Shown here: one piece after another, positions 45,031 to 54,566 of the stretch
How positions within the stretch are numbered: position 1 is the first letter of the stretch
Layout of the letters: every line of letters starts with the position of its first letter
Assembly (NCBI GenBank): GCA_012103605.1
Contig: WLWL01000002.1
Span: 7,507-71,506 of the forward strand
Length of the DNA stretch: 64,000 bases
Direction of reading: 5' to 3'
Source: Candidatus Nanopelagicales bacterium
Lineage (GTDB): Bacteria > Actinomycetota > Actinomycetes > S36-B12
Translations under genes and position numbers: made by a program
Notes under the pieces: generated by a model
What the model saw: only the letters and a program-made list of their open reading frames with translations
The model's database searches: none
Told to the model about the DNA's origin: nothing

Positions 45031-45651
45031 ATGTCCGATCGCGAAGTGGTCGTTGTTTCCCGACCCTACGAGCCCGAGGGCGATTCGCTGTCGCTTGCTC
45101 GTGATTTGGCGGCAAGCACCTTCGGCCTCGTGGTCTACAGCACCCAGACCGCTGTTGCCTTGACTGAGGCAACCATGCGTTCCGTCGTCGGATCGGTTCT
45201 CGACAAAACCGTTCCTGCCATCGCCGACGCCATCATCTCAAGGATTGATCTCACCGACATTGTCGTGCGGCAAGTGGATCTGCAATCGATCATTCTTCGC
45301 GCTCTAGACGAGATCGACATAACCCAAATCGTGATCGACCGAGTGGATGTCGACGAGATCGTCGGAAAGACCGACCTTGACGCCGTGATCGATCGGATTC
45401 CGATGCTGCAGATCGCGGACTACATCATCGAGGAGGTCGACCTTCCACAGATCATCCGCGAGAGCACGGGCGGCGTCGCCCTCGACGCCTTCACCACTAC
45501 CCGTGTTTCGGCTATCCGGGCAGACGAGATCATCTCGACGATGGTGGACACCGTCCTGTTGCGACGGTTGCGTCAACGTGAACGCAAACTCACGGTCTCC
45601 GATCCTGAGCCCGATCCGCAAGAAGAAACAACCGAAGAGCCTGGGCGATGA
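45031..45651 (+). CDS. hypothetical protein with (V/I)DxxxI repeats, coupled to an RDD protein
   Basis: IDLTDIV..VDLQSII..IDITQIV..VDVDEIV..VDLPQIIRESTG; 4-bp overlap with the next gene. Confidence 0.7.
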   Translation: MSDREVVVVSRPYEPEGDSLSLARDLAASTFGLVVYSTQTAVALTEATMRSVVGSVLDKTVPAIADAIISRIDLTDIVVRQVDLQSIILRALDEIDITQIVIDRVDVDEIVGKTDLDAVIDRIPMLQIADYIIEEVDLPQIIRESTGGVALDAFTTTRVSAIRADEIISTMVDTVLLRRLRQRERKLTVSDPEPDPQEETTEEPGR

Positions 45652-46259
45652 CGTCTTTTCAGCAATACCGCGATCATCACGATGCGCAGGGACCGGTCGT
45701 CCTGGAAACCGTCCCTGCTGCCGGACGTCGCTATCAAGGTGATCGTGCCGGATTCGTCATCAGGGCGATCGCCGCTGTCTTGGACGTCGTTTTTGTCGGC
45801 ATCATCGTTGTGCTCTTGTGGATTGGGGTGTGGTTATTCCTTCTGATCTTCAACCCCCTCATCGACCCCGATCTCACAGTAGAAGTCACTCCACCGTCGG
45901 GCTACTTCCTGCTCGCTGGATACCTCCTCATGTGGTTGTACTGGACATGGATGTGGGCGACGAACGGCCGAAGCTTGGGTCAGTACCTGATGGGGTTGCG
46001 GGTGGTCGGACGTCAAGGCCGTCGTTTCGGGTGGAAGCTGGCGATGCTGCGGTCTGGATTCTGCGCGGTCTTTCCGCCGGGGTTGGTGTGGGCGATCATC
46101 AGTCCACGCAATAGGTCCGTCCAAGACGTCATGCTCCGCACCAGCGTGATTCACGACTGGTCATCTTCATCATCGGCGTCGACGCCTGAGTCGACGCCTG
46201 AGTCATCACCCACGCCAACATCCGCTCCGACTACATCACCGTCGGACGCCGGTGAATAG
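45648..46259 (+). CDS. RDD family membrane protein
   Basis: AGFVIRAIAAVLD, GRSLGQYLMGLRVV, RSVQD; the S/T/P tail includes GTCGACGCCTGA x2. Confidence 0.85.
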   Translation: MTSFQQYRDHHDAQGPVVLETVPAAGRRYQGDRAGFVIRAIAAVLDVVFVGIIVVLLWIGVWLFLLIFNPLIDPDLTVEVTPPSGYFLLAGYLLMWLYWTWMWATNGRSLGQYLMGLRVVGRQGRRFGWKLAMLRSGFCAVFPPGLVWAIISPRNRSVQDVMLRTSVIHDWSSSSSASTPESTPESSPTPTSAPTTSPSDAGE

Positions 46260-46998
46260 AACGCGCCGTCATCGCACGGCGACTGCGGCCGTGGCGTGTA
46301 TCGCTGCGTGTGTGTGCGTCTTGTTCGGCGTGCCCGCTCACGCGGACATCGTCCAAAGCCCCGTCGGATCCACGGCGTCGGTGCAGGTGTCGGTGACACT
46401 GGACAACGATTGGCAGTTCGCCAACGCCGAGTGTCTTTTCATTCCGTTGCTGGTGACGTACGGCCGCGCTGATGACACGTCGATCTTGGGAGAGACGACA
46501 GTGACCAAAGTCGGTAGCGAGAGTGTTCGTAACGAAGGCACCTTTCTGGTGCTGCCGGGAGACGCTGTCTCGGGGCAGCTGTTGGACGAGATATTCGTCT
46601 GCCCCGCCGACGGCACGGGGGAGTATCGACTCTCGACGGTTATTCGCGCGATCGGGCCGGCAAGCGAGGACAGCGTCGAATTGAAGCCCTTGACCTTCTG
46701 GGTGCGTCCGGCGTCGTCCCAGATCAGCCGCGTGACAGCCGTTTCCGTCCACGAGGGAACGCGCGTTCGTGGTCGCGCGACGGCGGGCGATTCGATCGAT
46801 AAGACGGCGGCCACCGGGGTGGTGGAAATTCGGTTCGCCAAGAACCGTCGCTGGGGTGCTCCGTACTACGCAACCGTCACCGACGGGCGTTTCGACCAGG
46901 TGGTCCCACAGTCGATCGCCCGGGGAACGCGCGTGAAGGTGACGCTCACCCGATGCTCGTGGTGCTCACGGGCATCGCGAACGGCCCGGGTGCGGTAA
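46252..46998 (+). CDS. secreted hypothetical protein
   Basis: Signal peptide ending PAHA-D, beta-rich; no recognised family. Confidence 0.65.
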   Translation: MNRTRRHRTATAAVACIAACVCVLFGVPAHADIVQSPVGSTASVQVSVTLDNDWQFANAECLFIPLLVTYGRADDTSILGETTVTKVGSESVRNEGTFLVLPGDAVSGQLLDEIFVCPADGTGEYRLSTVIRAIGPASEDSVELKPLTFWVRPASSQISRVTAVSVHEGTRVRGRATAGDSIDKTAATGVVEIRFAKNRRWGAPYYATVTDGRFDQVVPQSIARGTRVKVTLTRCSWCSRASRTARVR

Positions 46999-47054
46999 GG
47001 CGAGCGCGACGGGACGAGCGCGATAGGACGAGCGCGGTAGGACGGATGCGGTAG
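46998..47054 (+). repeat. four imperfect 14-bp direct repeats (intergenic)
   Basis: AGG-CGAGCGCGAC / GGGACGAGCGCGAT / AGGACGAGCGCGGT / AGGACGGATGCGGT. Confidence 0.7.
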
Positions 47055-47113
47055 CGGCATGTGACGGCACGTACAGTGCTGTGGTGTTCTCTCCGGGCTC
47101 GCAGGCGCCGCTG

Positions 47114-47734
47114 ATGATGGCGCGTCGCTGCGTGCGGATGTTGTCCGCGGCGTGTGTGCTGCTACTGGTTGCCGTGGGCGCCTCACCCGCCTTCGCCGCG
47201 GATGTCGTCGCTGGTGCACGGACGTATCAACGAGCCGCCACCGTTCTGGGAAGCGATGTCGCGGTATGGCGTCCGACCTACACCGCAGGCTTGCCACGGC
47301 GCGGACCGATCGACGTGATCGCGTATGGCAAGTCGTCCAATCGAGCGACCTTCGCTGGCGCTACCTACGGCAAGAGGATGCCGAGCTTCACGATCGCCCA
47401 GAAGGGCGCCGCCGATCGCTGGGCGGCGCGACCTGTCGACCGTGCGGAGCAGGGTCTGGTGGAGACGGTCGCGGTGCGGATAGGGGCCCCGGGGAGCAAG
47501 CGGGTTGTTCGGGCACGGGTCTTCGCGGACTGTCGGGGTCAAGACCCGTCCAACAGCGATCAACGCCGTTGTGATCGCCGAGACGTGGTGCGCTTCGGGG
47601 GGAGCGTGGAATTGCTTGCTCGCACGATGAGTTCTGGTGAACCGCTCGCTTCCAGTATCCGCATCGATAGTCAAGGGTTGACGTACGCCCAATTGGTCCG
47701 GGTCGCGTCCGGATTAGTGCCCGTCACCAAGTGA
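47114..47734 (+). CDS. secreted hypothetical protein
   Basis: Signal peptide ending PAFA-A; C-terminal GLTYAQLVRVASGL. Confidence 0.6.
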   Translation: MMARRCVRMLSAACVLLLVAVGASPAFAADVVAGARTYQRAATVLGSDVAVWRPTYTAGLPRRGPIDVIAYGKSSNRATFAGATYGKRMPSFTIAQKGAADRWAARPVDRAEQGLVETVAVRIGAPGSKRVVRARVFADCRGQDPSNSDQRRCDRRDVVRFGGSVELLARTMSSGEPLASSIRIDSQGLTYAQLVRVASGLVPVTK

Positions 47735-47782
47735 AATGTCAGTCAGTCTCGCTAACCTGACCACACCGATGCGGAAGGGGCG

Positions 47783-48967
47783 ATGGTGACGGATATAGGC
47801 CTGGGTGTTGTGGTGGCGGTAGGAGTTCTTCTGGGGCTTGTCGTCGGCATGGTCGTGGGCTGGATCGCCTCCCGGCGGATGGGTCGCAAGGATTTTGCAC
47901 TTCAATCCGAGGCTATTCGTGCCGAGTCTGAGTCCGCAGTTGCCCGCTTGAATGCCGAACTCATCGAGGCGCAGGGGCAAATTCGGGTGTTGGAGACCGA
48001 TCGTGCCTCGTTGCAGGGGGAGAAGTCCTCGGCGAAATCACTGGAGGACCGCCTGGAGCCGGTGCGCGAGGCACTCGAAGGACTTCGACGTACGACCCAG
48101 CAGGCCGAGGTCGAACGAGCGAAATCCGCCGCGGAGTTGCGCACGCAGATCGACGGCGTTCAGCGCAATTACACGTCATTGGAGTCAGCAACAAAGCAAC
48201 TCGTCGCTGCAATGAGCTCAGGTCAATCCCGTGGTCAGTGGGGAGAGATGCAACTCGAGCAACTGCTCGAGCATTCGGGTCTTGTCGAGGGAGTTCACTT
48301 TCGACGTCAGGACTCGCGCATGACCGAGGCCGGCGGTGCCCGCCCGGACGTTGTGGTCGATCTGCCGGGAGGCGGCGAGATTCTCATTGACGCGAAGTTT
48401 CCCTTCGACGCCTATTGGCGGGCGATCAAAGCGGACAACGAAGTGGAAATTGACGCTCACCTGCACAAACATGCGGAGGACGTCCTGGCTCGAGCCAAGG
48501 AACTGTCGTCCAAGCGTTACTGGGAATCCAACATCAGCCCAGACTTCGTTGTCATGTTTCTTCCGCTGGAGTCGTTGCTCTCGAGTGCTCTGGAGACCAA
48601 CGGCTTGCTACTGGAGGAGGTCTTTGCCCGAAACGTTGTCTTGGCGACGCCAACGACCATTCTCGGGATGTTGCGAACAATTCAATTCGGCTACCAACGC
48701 AAGTTGATGGCGGACAACGCTGAGGAGATCCGGGCCGCGGGTGCGGAGATGTTGACCAGGCTTGAGAAAGCCGTCGATCACCTCGGAACCTTGCGGAAAG
48801 GCTTGATGAGCGCCGTGAAGGGCTACAACGAGTTCATCGGGTCGATGGACAGCAGGGTGATGGTTCAGGCCCGCAGAATGAAGGAACTCGGCGTCGCGTC
48901 CTCGACGGACTTGGAACTACCGTCCGATGTGACGGAGACTCTGCGAGAGTCGAGGTCGTCGGAGTAG
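47783..48967 (+). CDS. rmuC: DNA recombination protein RmuC
   Basis: N-terminal TM, coiled coil, RGQWGEMQL, RPDVVVDLPGG, IDAKFP, PDFVVMFLP. Confidence 0.92.
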   Translation: MVTDIGLGVVVAVGVLLGLVVGMVVGWIASRRMGRKDFALQSEAIRAESESAVARLNAELIEAQGQIRVLETDRASLQGEKSSAKSLEDRLEPVREALEGLRRTTQQAEVERAKSAAELRTQIDGVQRNYTSLESATKQLVAAMSSGQSRGQWGEMQLEQLLEHSGLVEGVHFRRQDSRMTEAGGARPDVVVDLPGGGEILIDAKFPFDAYWRAIKADNEVEIDAHLHKHAEDVLARAKELSSKRYWESNISPDFVVMFLPLESLLSSALETNGLLLEEVFARNVVLATPTTILGMLRTIQFGYQRKLMADNAEEIRAAGAEMLTRLEKAVDHLGTLRKGLMSAVKGYNEFIGSMDSRVMVQARRMKELGVASSTDLELPSDVTETLRESRSSE

Positions 48968-49053
48968 AAGATCGATGATCCAGGTGTCGTTGTGCGTTGC
49001 CGGTTCGCCTATCGCGGTCCACCTATCGCGGTTCACCCATGACGGTCCGCCGA

Positions 49054-51150
49054 TCACAGCACGCGAAGGACGTGAAGATCCTTCGTAGCCCGGGTGGCCG
49101 CTACGTAGATGTCTGCCCCTCGTGGGTGTTGAGAGCTCAGGGCATCGGGATCCACCACGATGACGCAATCGAACTCGAGTCCCTTGGCCTGTTGGGCTGA
49201 GAGCACGGCGATGGGGGCATCGAGCGCTGCGCTGCCGAAACCGAAGCGCGGCTCGGGCAGCAGCTCGCGCAAATGGGGCAGCAGTGCGTCGGGTGCGATT
49301 ACGGCGCTGCGTCCGTCCTCGGAAGCAACTGATTGCGCGTATTGCGGCAACTCGGATAGCGGCAGAGATGCCTCGACTACCTCCGATCCGTCGCGGATGG
49401 GGGTCAGTACGGGTGGATCACCCCCCGCTTCCAGCAGCAGACGCGTGGCTACTTCCGCGATCTGACGGGTGATTCGGTAGGTCACCGTCAGCGTGTGCAG
49501 AGCCGTCTTGCTGCGAGCCCAGGGAAGTGCCTCCTCCCAGGTGCGTGGACCGGCAGGGTGAGACGACTGTTGGAGATCGCCCACCACGGTCATCGATCGG
49601 CGGGACGCTCGCCGGCGGATAGCGCGCCAGGCCATTGCGCTCAACTCTTGAGCTTCATCAACGATCACGTGCCCGTAGATCCATTCCCGGTCGTCAATGG
49701 CTCGCTCGGCCAAGGACCCCGCATTGCCGCCGGAGTGTGACGGTCGAATGCGGTAGGCATCGGAGGCCTGCAACTCTCGGTAGTCCGGGACATCAGGGGG
49801 TGCAGCCGAGGGCGGCTCCCATGGCCCCAATGCGTTTGCTGCTTCGTCCAGTAGCGGCAGATCATCGGTTGTCCAGGGAGCGTCCGGTGAGCGCACCAGT
49901 GCTGCTCGCTCGTCGGCCGTGAGGATGCCTGTCGCGGCTTCATTGAGGATCGATGCATCGGTGAGCAGATCGCCGATGATGCGCTCGGCGGTTGTCGGAA
50001 GCCACATCAAGTTGAATTCCCGGCGGACTGTCGAGTCCTCGACCATCGACGCAATCAGATCGTCGCAGTACTCCTGGTCTTCGGGATCGTGACCGGTGTC
50101 GCGCGCGACATTGCGTGCTGCTTGCTGGAGCACGCGCCGCAGGAATGGATCGCGACCGTCGTGGAAACGTCGACTGCGGGAGATACCTTTGCTCGCCTGC
50201 TCGATTTCCTCTGAGGACAGTCGTACCCGCATGCCCGTGTGTGTCGTCAGCGTCACTCCTGTGCGAGGAATGCGTACGCGAGCGGTGACGGCCCGCGCTA
50301 TCACCCGTGCCATGCGATCCGAGCCTTTGATGCGTGCCACGTCATGAGCATCGTCTGCGGTCGGTCGCACGTCCGGATACAACTGTCGAGGTGTCAGAAG
50401 AACAACATCTGTTTCACCCAAACTAGGAAGAACTTGATCGATGTAGTGAAGAAAAACGTTGCTGGGTCCAACGATCAGCACCCCGTCGCGTGCGAGTTGT
50501 TCGCGATGCGTATAAAGCAACCATGCGGCTCGGTGAAGTGCGACGACGGTCTTGCCAGTCCCGGGGCCTCCTTGCACGATGGTGACCTGGTCAAGATCGC
50601 TGCGAATAATGGCGTCTTGATCCGATGCGATGGTGGCAAGAATGTCTGCCATCCGTCCCGAGCGCGGCGCTTCCATTGCCGACAGACTCGGGTCAACGGC
50701 TTCGTGGATTCCATCGAAGGTTTCGTCATCCACGTGAGTAACGTGCGGCCCTCGCGGTGAGGGACGTGTGGCGATGCGCCGCCGCAGCACGACATCCATC
50801 GGATTCTTGTTTGTGGCCTGATAAAACGGCGCGGCTTGGGGGGCTCGCCAGTCGATCAGAAGAATGTCGCCGGCCTCATCGCGCATGCCGATTCGCCCGA
50901 TGTGGTGATCGTCACCTCCGTCGAATCGCAGTCGCCCGAAGCACATTCGAGGGCGCGCCGCCTCGGCGGCGTGTAGTTGAAGGCGCAGATTGTCCAGGAG
51001 TGCTTCGCGTTCGAGTTCATCTTGGCCGGTGCCCGTACTCGGAGCACTCGTAGTGTTGCTGATGCGTGACCGGAGGTGGTCGATGTGCTGGTCGAGGTGC
51101 GAGTGAGCATGGTCGATGAATGTTTGCTCATCCTCGATGCTGCTGGGCAC
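49054..51150 (-). CDS. helD: HelD-family SF1 helicase-like RNA polymerase recycling factor
   Basis: CFGRL, IGRIG, IDWRAP, QGGPGTGKT..ALHRAAWL, VDEAQE, KGLEFD, YVAATRAT. Confidence 0.85.
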   Translation of the reverse strand: MPSSIEDEQTFIDHAHSHLDQHIDHLRSRISNTTSAPSTGTGQDELEREALLDNLRLQLHAAEAARPRMCFGRLRFDGGDDHHIGRIGMRDEAGDILLIDWRAPQAAPFYQATNKNPMDVVLRRRIATRPSPRGPHVTHVDDETFDGIHEAVDPSLSAMEAPRSGRMADILATIASDQDAIIRSDLDQVTIVQGGPGTGKTVVALHRAAWLLYTHREQLARDGVLIVGPSNVFLHYIDQVLPSLGETDVVLLTPRQLYPDVRPTADDAHDVARIKGSDRMARVIARAVTARVRIPRTGVTLTTHTGMRVRLSSEEIEQASKGISRSRRFHDGRDPFLRRVLQQAARNVARDTGHDPEDQEYCDDLIASMVEDSTVRREFNLMWLPTTAERIIGDLLTDASILNEAATGILTADERAALVRSPDAPWTTDDLPLLDEAANALGPWEPPSAAPPDVPDYRELQASDAYRIRPSHSGGNAGSLAERAIDDREWIYGHVIVDEAQELSAMAWRAIRRRASRRSMTVVGDLQQSSHPAGPRTWEEALPWARSKTALHTLTVTYRITRQIAEVATRLLLEAGGDPPVLTPIRDGSEVVEASLPLSELPQYAQSVASEDGRSAVIAPDALLPHLRELLPEPRFGFGSAALDAPIAVLSAQQAKGLEFDCVIVVDPDALSSQHPRGADIYVAATRATKDLHVLRVL

Positions 51151-51243
51151 AGGCTCCTCCTGCTTTCTTCCCAGATTGGGCAGTAGAGAAGTCTTTCATG
51201 CAACTGTCTGTCGCGCACTACCGGAACGCGTAATACTGCGCCG

Positions 51244-51918
51244 ATGGTGGTGCCGTCGCAGTGGCCGTGCCCGATCGACGACATCGTGATCTGGTCGTTT
51301 GCCTTTGACGATGGCGAGGACGTCGTCGAGGGCGCCCACGAGGCCTTGATTGACGGAGGCCTTGCGGACGGAGTCACCGAAGACTGGCAGCAGTTGTCCG
51401 AGAGTGGCGATGTGCCGCCAACGGGCAGCCCGCGGTGGGCTGAATGGGCTTTGGGGAGAGGCGCCGTGCGTCAGGCGGCGACTGCTGTCGGGCTCACGGA
51501 CGTTCGATTGGAGCGATCACCTGAGGGTGCTCCCTTTATCGCGGACTCGGCATGGGGCGTGTCTATCGCGCATACCTCGGGGTTGGTCCTCGGCGCGGTA
51601 GGGCCGGGCCGTATTGGTGTGGATGTCGAGAGAGCCGATCGGGACGTCACGCGACTTGTGCGCGCACTCTTGCCCAGTGAGCGCGAACTCACTGTCTCAT
51701 TGAGCGCGATCTCCATCATGGTGGCGAAAGAGGCGGCTGCGAAGGCGACAGGGCAGGGGCTCGGGGGCTCTTTGGCGCGCTGGCCAGTGGTTGATGTTGA
51801 ACTGTCCGGAATCGCGCCTTGTGTCGGCGTCGCCAGCGCCGCGGCTCGGGTCATTGATGTCCGAATCTACGAGCATTCTGGATACGTCACCGGGGTTGCG
51901 AGTTATCCCGACGACTGA
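51244..51918 (+). CDS. 4'-phosphopantetheinyl transferase superfamily protein
   Basis: GAP, VSIAHT, IGVDVE, KEAAAKATGQGL. Confidence 0.75.
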   Translation: MVVPSQWPCPIDDIVIWSFAFDDGEDVVEGAHEALIDGGLADGVTEDWQQLSESGDVPPTGSPRWAEWALGRGAVRQAATAVGLTDVRLERSPEGAPFIADSAWGVSIAHTSGLVLGAVGPGRIGVDVERADRDVTRLVRALLPSERELTVSLSAISIMVAKEAAAKATGQGLGGSLARWPVVDVELSGIAPCVGVASAAARVIDVRIYEHSGYVTGVASYPDD

Positions 51919-51992
51919 CGCTCCGTGAAAGTTGTCCACGACGACCGGCGTCCCGACGTGTCGATGGATAGCGACGCTGGCATCATGAAACG

Positions 51993-52406
51993 GTGAGCGA
52001 CCCCGACGCACTGTTCGCCGTGTATGAGGAGGCGCTGGTGACGGCGCAAGACCCATCGAGCGGGGAGTGGGTGGACCCGTCTTTCGAATGTCTTGCACGG
52101 ACAGACGTCGCTGCAGTTCTTACGGCCTATAACCCGGGATCGGAACGACGGAGTTGGGCGCAGAACGAGGCAGCGAATGCCCAACTGCGCGATGTATTGC
52201 AGGCGGCCTACACCGACGTGTGGCGCGCCGATGGCTTCTCGCCGGATGGCACCTGGCGAGAGCCGGGGTGGTTGGTGTGGGGGATGCCCGTGGACGTCGC
52301 AGTTGCGATTGCTGCCGACTTTCACCAAATTGCCATCTACCACTACGACACCCACGGTGTTCGGTCCGTTGTTCCCTGCTCACCGGGTGATGGCTCGTCG
52401 GCTTAG
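51993..52406 (+). CDS. DUF3293 protein
   Basis: LTAYNPGS, NEAANAQL, GFSPDGTWREPG, FHQIAIY. Confidence 0.8.
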   Translation: MSDPDALFAVYEEALVTAQDPSSGEWVDPSFECLARTDVAAVLTAYNPGSERRSWAQNEAANAQLRDVLQAAYTDVWRADGFSPDGTWREPGWLVWGMPVDVAVAIAADFHQIAIYHYDTHGVRSVVPCSPGDGSSA

Positions 52407-52417
52407 TTCGAGCTCGC

Positions 52418-53587
52418 TTACTCCGATTCCGCTGGGTCTGACGCTGATTCCTGAGACGTGTCGAGGTCTTTCGGTGACGGCGGGGTGGGGAAGAGCGTGG
52501 CGGCGGCGTTGCGATTGGCGAGAACGATCCACTGCTGTCCGGGCTTGAACGCCAAGACCTGCCCCTGACCGTCGGTAAAGGTGGTACCGGATTCGGCGTC
52601 CGGGCGCGACCACTTCGCCTGATACATGAGCCCGTCGCGCAGCACAAGGGCATCGCCCTTGCCGATGGTGATCGCGTGGGGAGTGTTGCCGCCGCCCTTG
52701 TCGAAGAAGCGTGAGGGTTCCTGCTTCACGTACTGGATCACGACCGTTGCTGCACGTTGACCGTCGGGGGTTTCCTCCGCTTCAGCGGTTCGGCCATTGA
52801 GTGACACGCGGTAGAGACGGCTGGCCTGGTCGTAGGTGAATTCAGCCGACGAGGCAGACCATTCGTAACGTGCTGACAAGCCGACCGATCCGTTCGGGGG
52901 AGGAGTGGAGCTGAAGCTCAGTCCGATGTCGCGGGCTTGCGATGCGTCCGGCGCAGCCGTGAGGCCCTCGGGACCGTCAAGGAAATAGTTGTACGGGGCC
53001 CGACGACTGAAGTCTCGTTGGTAGGCGAATGCAGCCTTGTTGGGCGAGATGTCGATCAACGATGAGTTAGCGATCACCGGCCACATCTTGCGCTGGGCGC
53101 CGGAGAAGCTGAAGGCGGGAGATCCGTACTGAGCCAGAAGATCGATGTCGGTGATCCGGGCCGAACGCACCGGCCCGATCCGCTCGGGAACATCGGAGGA
53201 GAAAACGGCGGCGAGGCGGGTGATGCCGTACTCGACTTCCTCGATATAGACGATGTCGGCCCGGTCCAGCCCCGCGTGCGGTTGAGCAAACCGGGTGTTG
53301 TCGAGTTTCACGACGAGAACGGGTGACGGTTCGCCCTGATCGGGCTGGGGCAGGCCGTTCAGTGGAAATGTCGGCGTGGGTGTCGGCGTGGGTGTCGGCG
53401 TGGGTGTCGGCGTGGGTGTCGGTGTCGGTGTCGGCGTCGGTGTCGGCGTCGGCGTGGCCTGGGGAGACGGGCGTGCGCTGGCTTCCGCCGATGGGGTGCC
53501 GGCGGCGTTGGGAGATGGGGTGGAGCAGCCGGCCACAGCACAGGCGGCGGCAATCGCCAGAGCCGCGAGGGCCCGAGGGGTGGTCAC
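52418..53587 (-). CDS. DUF3048 lipoprotein with Pro-Thr linker
   Basis: Lipobox VAGC, (PT)n linker, VKLDN, PHAGL..ADIVYIEEVEYGITR, GPVRSAR; TACAGT lies 6 nt upstream of the GTG. Confidence 0.88.
   Translation of the reverse strand: MTTPRALAALAIAAACAVAGCSTPSPNAAGTPSAEASARPSPQATPTPTPTPTPTPTPTPTPTPTPTPTPTPTFPLNGLPQPDQGEPSPVLVVKLDNTRFAQPHAGLDRADIVYIEEVEYGITRLAAVFSSDVPERIGPVRSARITDIDLLAQYGSPAFSFSGAQRKMWPVIANSSLIDISPNKAAFAYQRDFSRRAPYNYFLDGPEGLTAAPDASQARDIGLSFSSTPPPNGSVGLSARYEWSASSAEFTYDQASRLYRVSLNGRTAEAEETPDGQRAATVVIQYVKQEPSRFFDKGGGNTPHAITIGKGDALVLRDGLMYQAKWSRPDAESGTTFTDGQGQVLAFKPGQQWIVLANRNAAATLFPTPPSPKDLDTSQESASDPAESE
53372..53455 (-). repeat. 6/12-bp tandem repeat encoding a (Thr-Pro)n linker
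   Basis: Arrays of GTCGGCGTGGGT, GTCGGT and GTCGGC on the + strand. Confidence 0.9.
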
Positions 53588-53680
53588 GAGGGAACTGTAG
53601 GCAAGCGGTGGAGGCCCAGGGGGGTTCGGCTCGCGGGGGAGCCGCCGTGGAATCAAAGGGAAATTCTTGGTGAAAGGGGG

Positions 53681-53753
53681 TTGACGGTGGAGTAGAATGG
53701 AGTACATTGGAGGCACTTGGGGTTATCACAGTGGCTAATGGGGCCAGAGTGGT
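53681..53753 (+). promoter_or_regulatory. dcw promoter with MraZ-binding 10-bp-period repeats
   Basis: TTGACG-N16-TACATT; GTGGAG/ATGGAG/TTGGAG/TTGGGG at 53687, 53697, 53707 and 53717. Confidence 0.75.
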
Positions 53754-53774
53754 GTGAGAGGGAAAGGGCAGCCA

Positions 53775-54206
53775 ATGTTTCTGGGCACCCACGCTCCTCG
53801 ATTGGACGACAAGGGCCGCCTCGTTCTCCCGGCGAAATTTCGTGAGCAATTGGCCGCCGGCCTAGTTCTGACCAAGGGTCAAGACCGATCGATCGTCGTG
53901 TGGCCGGCCGCGGAGTTCTCCGCCTACTCCGAGCGCCTGAATGAGGCGTCGCGGTCCGACGCTCGTGTCCGGGCCTACCTCAGGGTGCTTTTTTCTGGTG
54001 CCTCGGATGAAATTCCCGACCGTCAGGGGCGGATCACGATGCCGACGTCCCTTCGCGAGTACGCGGGTCTGGATCGCGACGTGATCGTGGTGGGCAACGG
54101 AACCACCGCCGAGATTTGGGATTCCTCGACCTGGGAGTCCTACCTGGGCAGCCAGGAGGACGACTTCTCCGGAATAGACGAGGAGGTGATTCCGGGCGTG
54201 ATGTGA
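53775..54206 (+). CDS. mraZ: division/cell wall cluster repressor
   Basis: MFLGTHAPRLDDKGRLVLPAKFR, DRQGRI. Confidence 0.96.
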   Translation: MFLGTHAPRLDDKGRLVLPAKFREQLAAGLVLTKGQDRSIVVWPAAEFSAYSERLNEASRSDARVRAYLRVLFSGASDEIPDRQGRITMPTSLREYAGLDRDVIVVGNGTTAEIWDSSTWESYLGSQEDDFSGIDEEVIPGVM

Positions 54207-54209
54207 CAC

Positions 54210-54298
54210 AGGCGGTGAGGCCTCCTCCCGCTGGGCACCCCCTGGCACCCCTTCCCCGGTGGCAGGAAGTGCAAAGCGGGCGGGGACCTGACCGACCT
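54210..54298 (+). ncRNA. mraW RNA motif
   Basis: Long imperfect hairpin with terminal loop CTTCCCC (54251-54257) between mraZ and rsmH (mraW). Confidence 0.8.
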
Positions 54299-54383
54299 GG
54301 TCCCTTTCAACACCACACCGAGCAAGCAGAACCAACCAACATCCGAATCAACGTTCATCTCAACCGCGAACAAGGAGAAGGAC

Positions 54384-54521
54384 ATGGCAGCAATCGATGA
54401 AATTCCCGACGTAACATCGACGTTCCACCCCGTCCGCACGGGTGTGGCCGTCATGGTTGCCGGTGTCGCCACCGGAACAGTCCTCTATGTGGTTTCCGTA
54501 GTCGTGGCGGGTTGGGCCTAG
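54384..54521 (+). CDS. 45-aa single-TM small protein (below the ORF-track cutoff)
   Basis: AAGGAG SD; MAAIDEIPDVTSTFHPVRTGVAVMVAGVATGTVLYVVSVVVAGWA*. Confidence 0.6.
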   Translation: MAAIDEIPDVTSTFHPVRTGVAVMVAGVATGTVLYVVSVVVAGWA

Positions 54522-54566
54522 ACCCCCGCTCGGGACACACGTCCCGGTCGATGGGGAAGTCGACTC

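Noticed and set aside
51151-51243. Rifamycin-associated element that would make the helicase a HelR resistance gene
   Set aside because: No RAE-like inverted repeat is visible upstream, so it is called generic HelD.
53372-53455. Repeat tract as a CRISPR array or phase-variation locus
   Set aside because: In-frame 6/12-bp units encoding an ordinary Pro-Thr lipoprotein linker.
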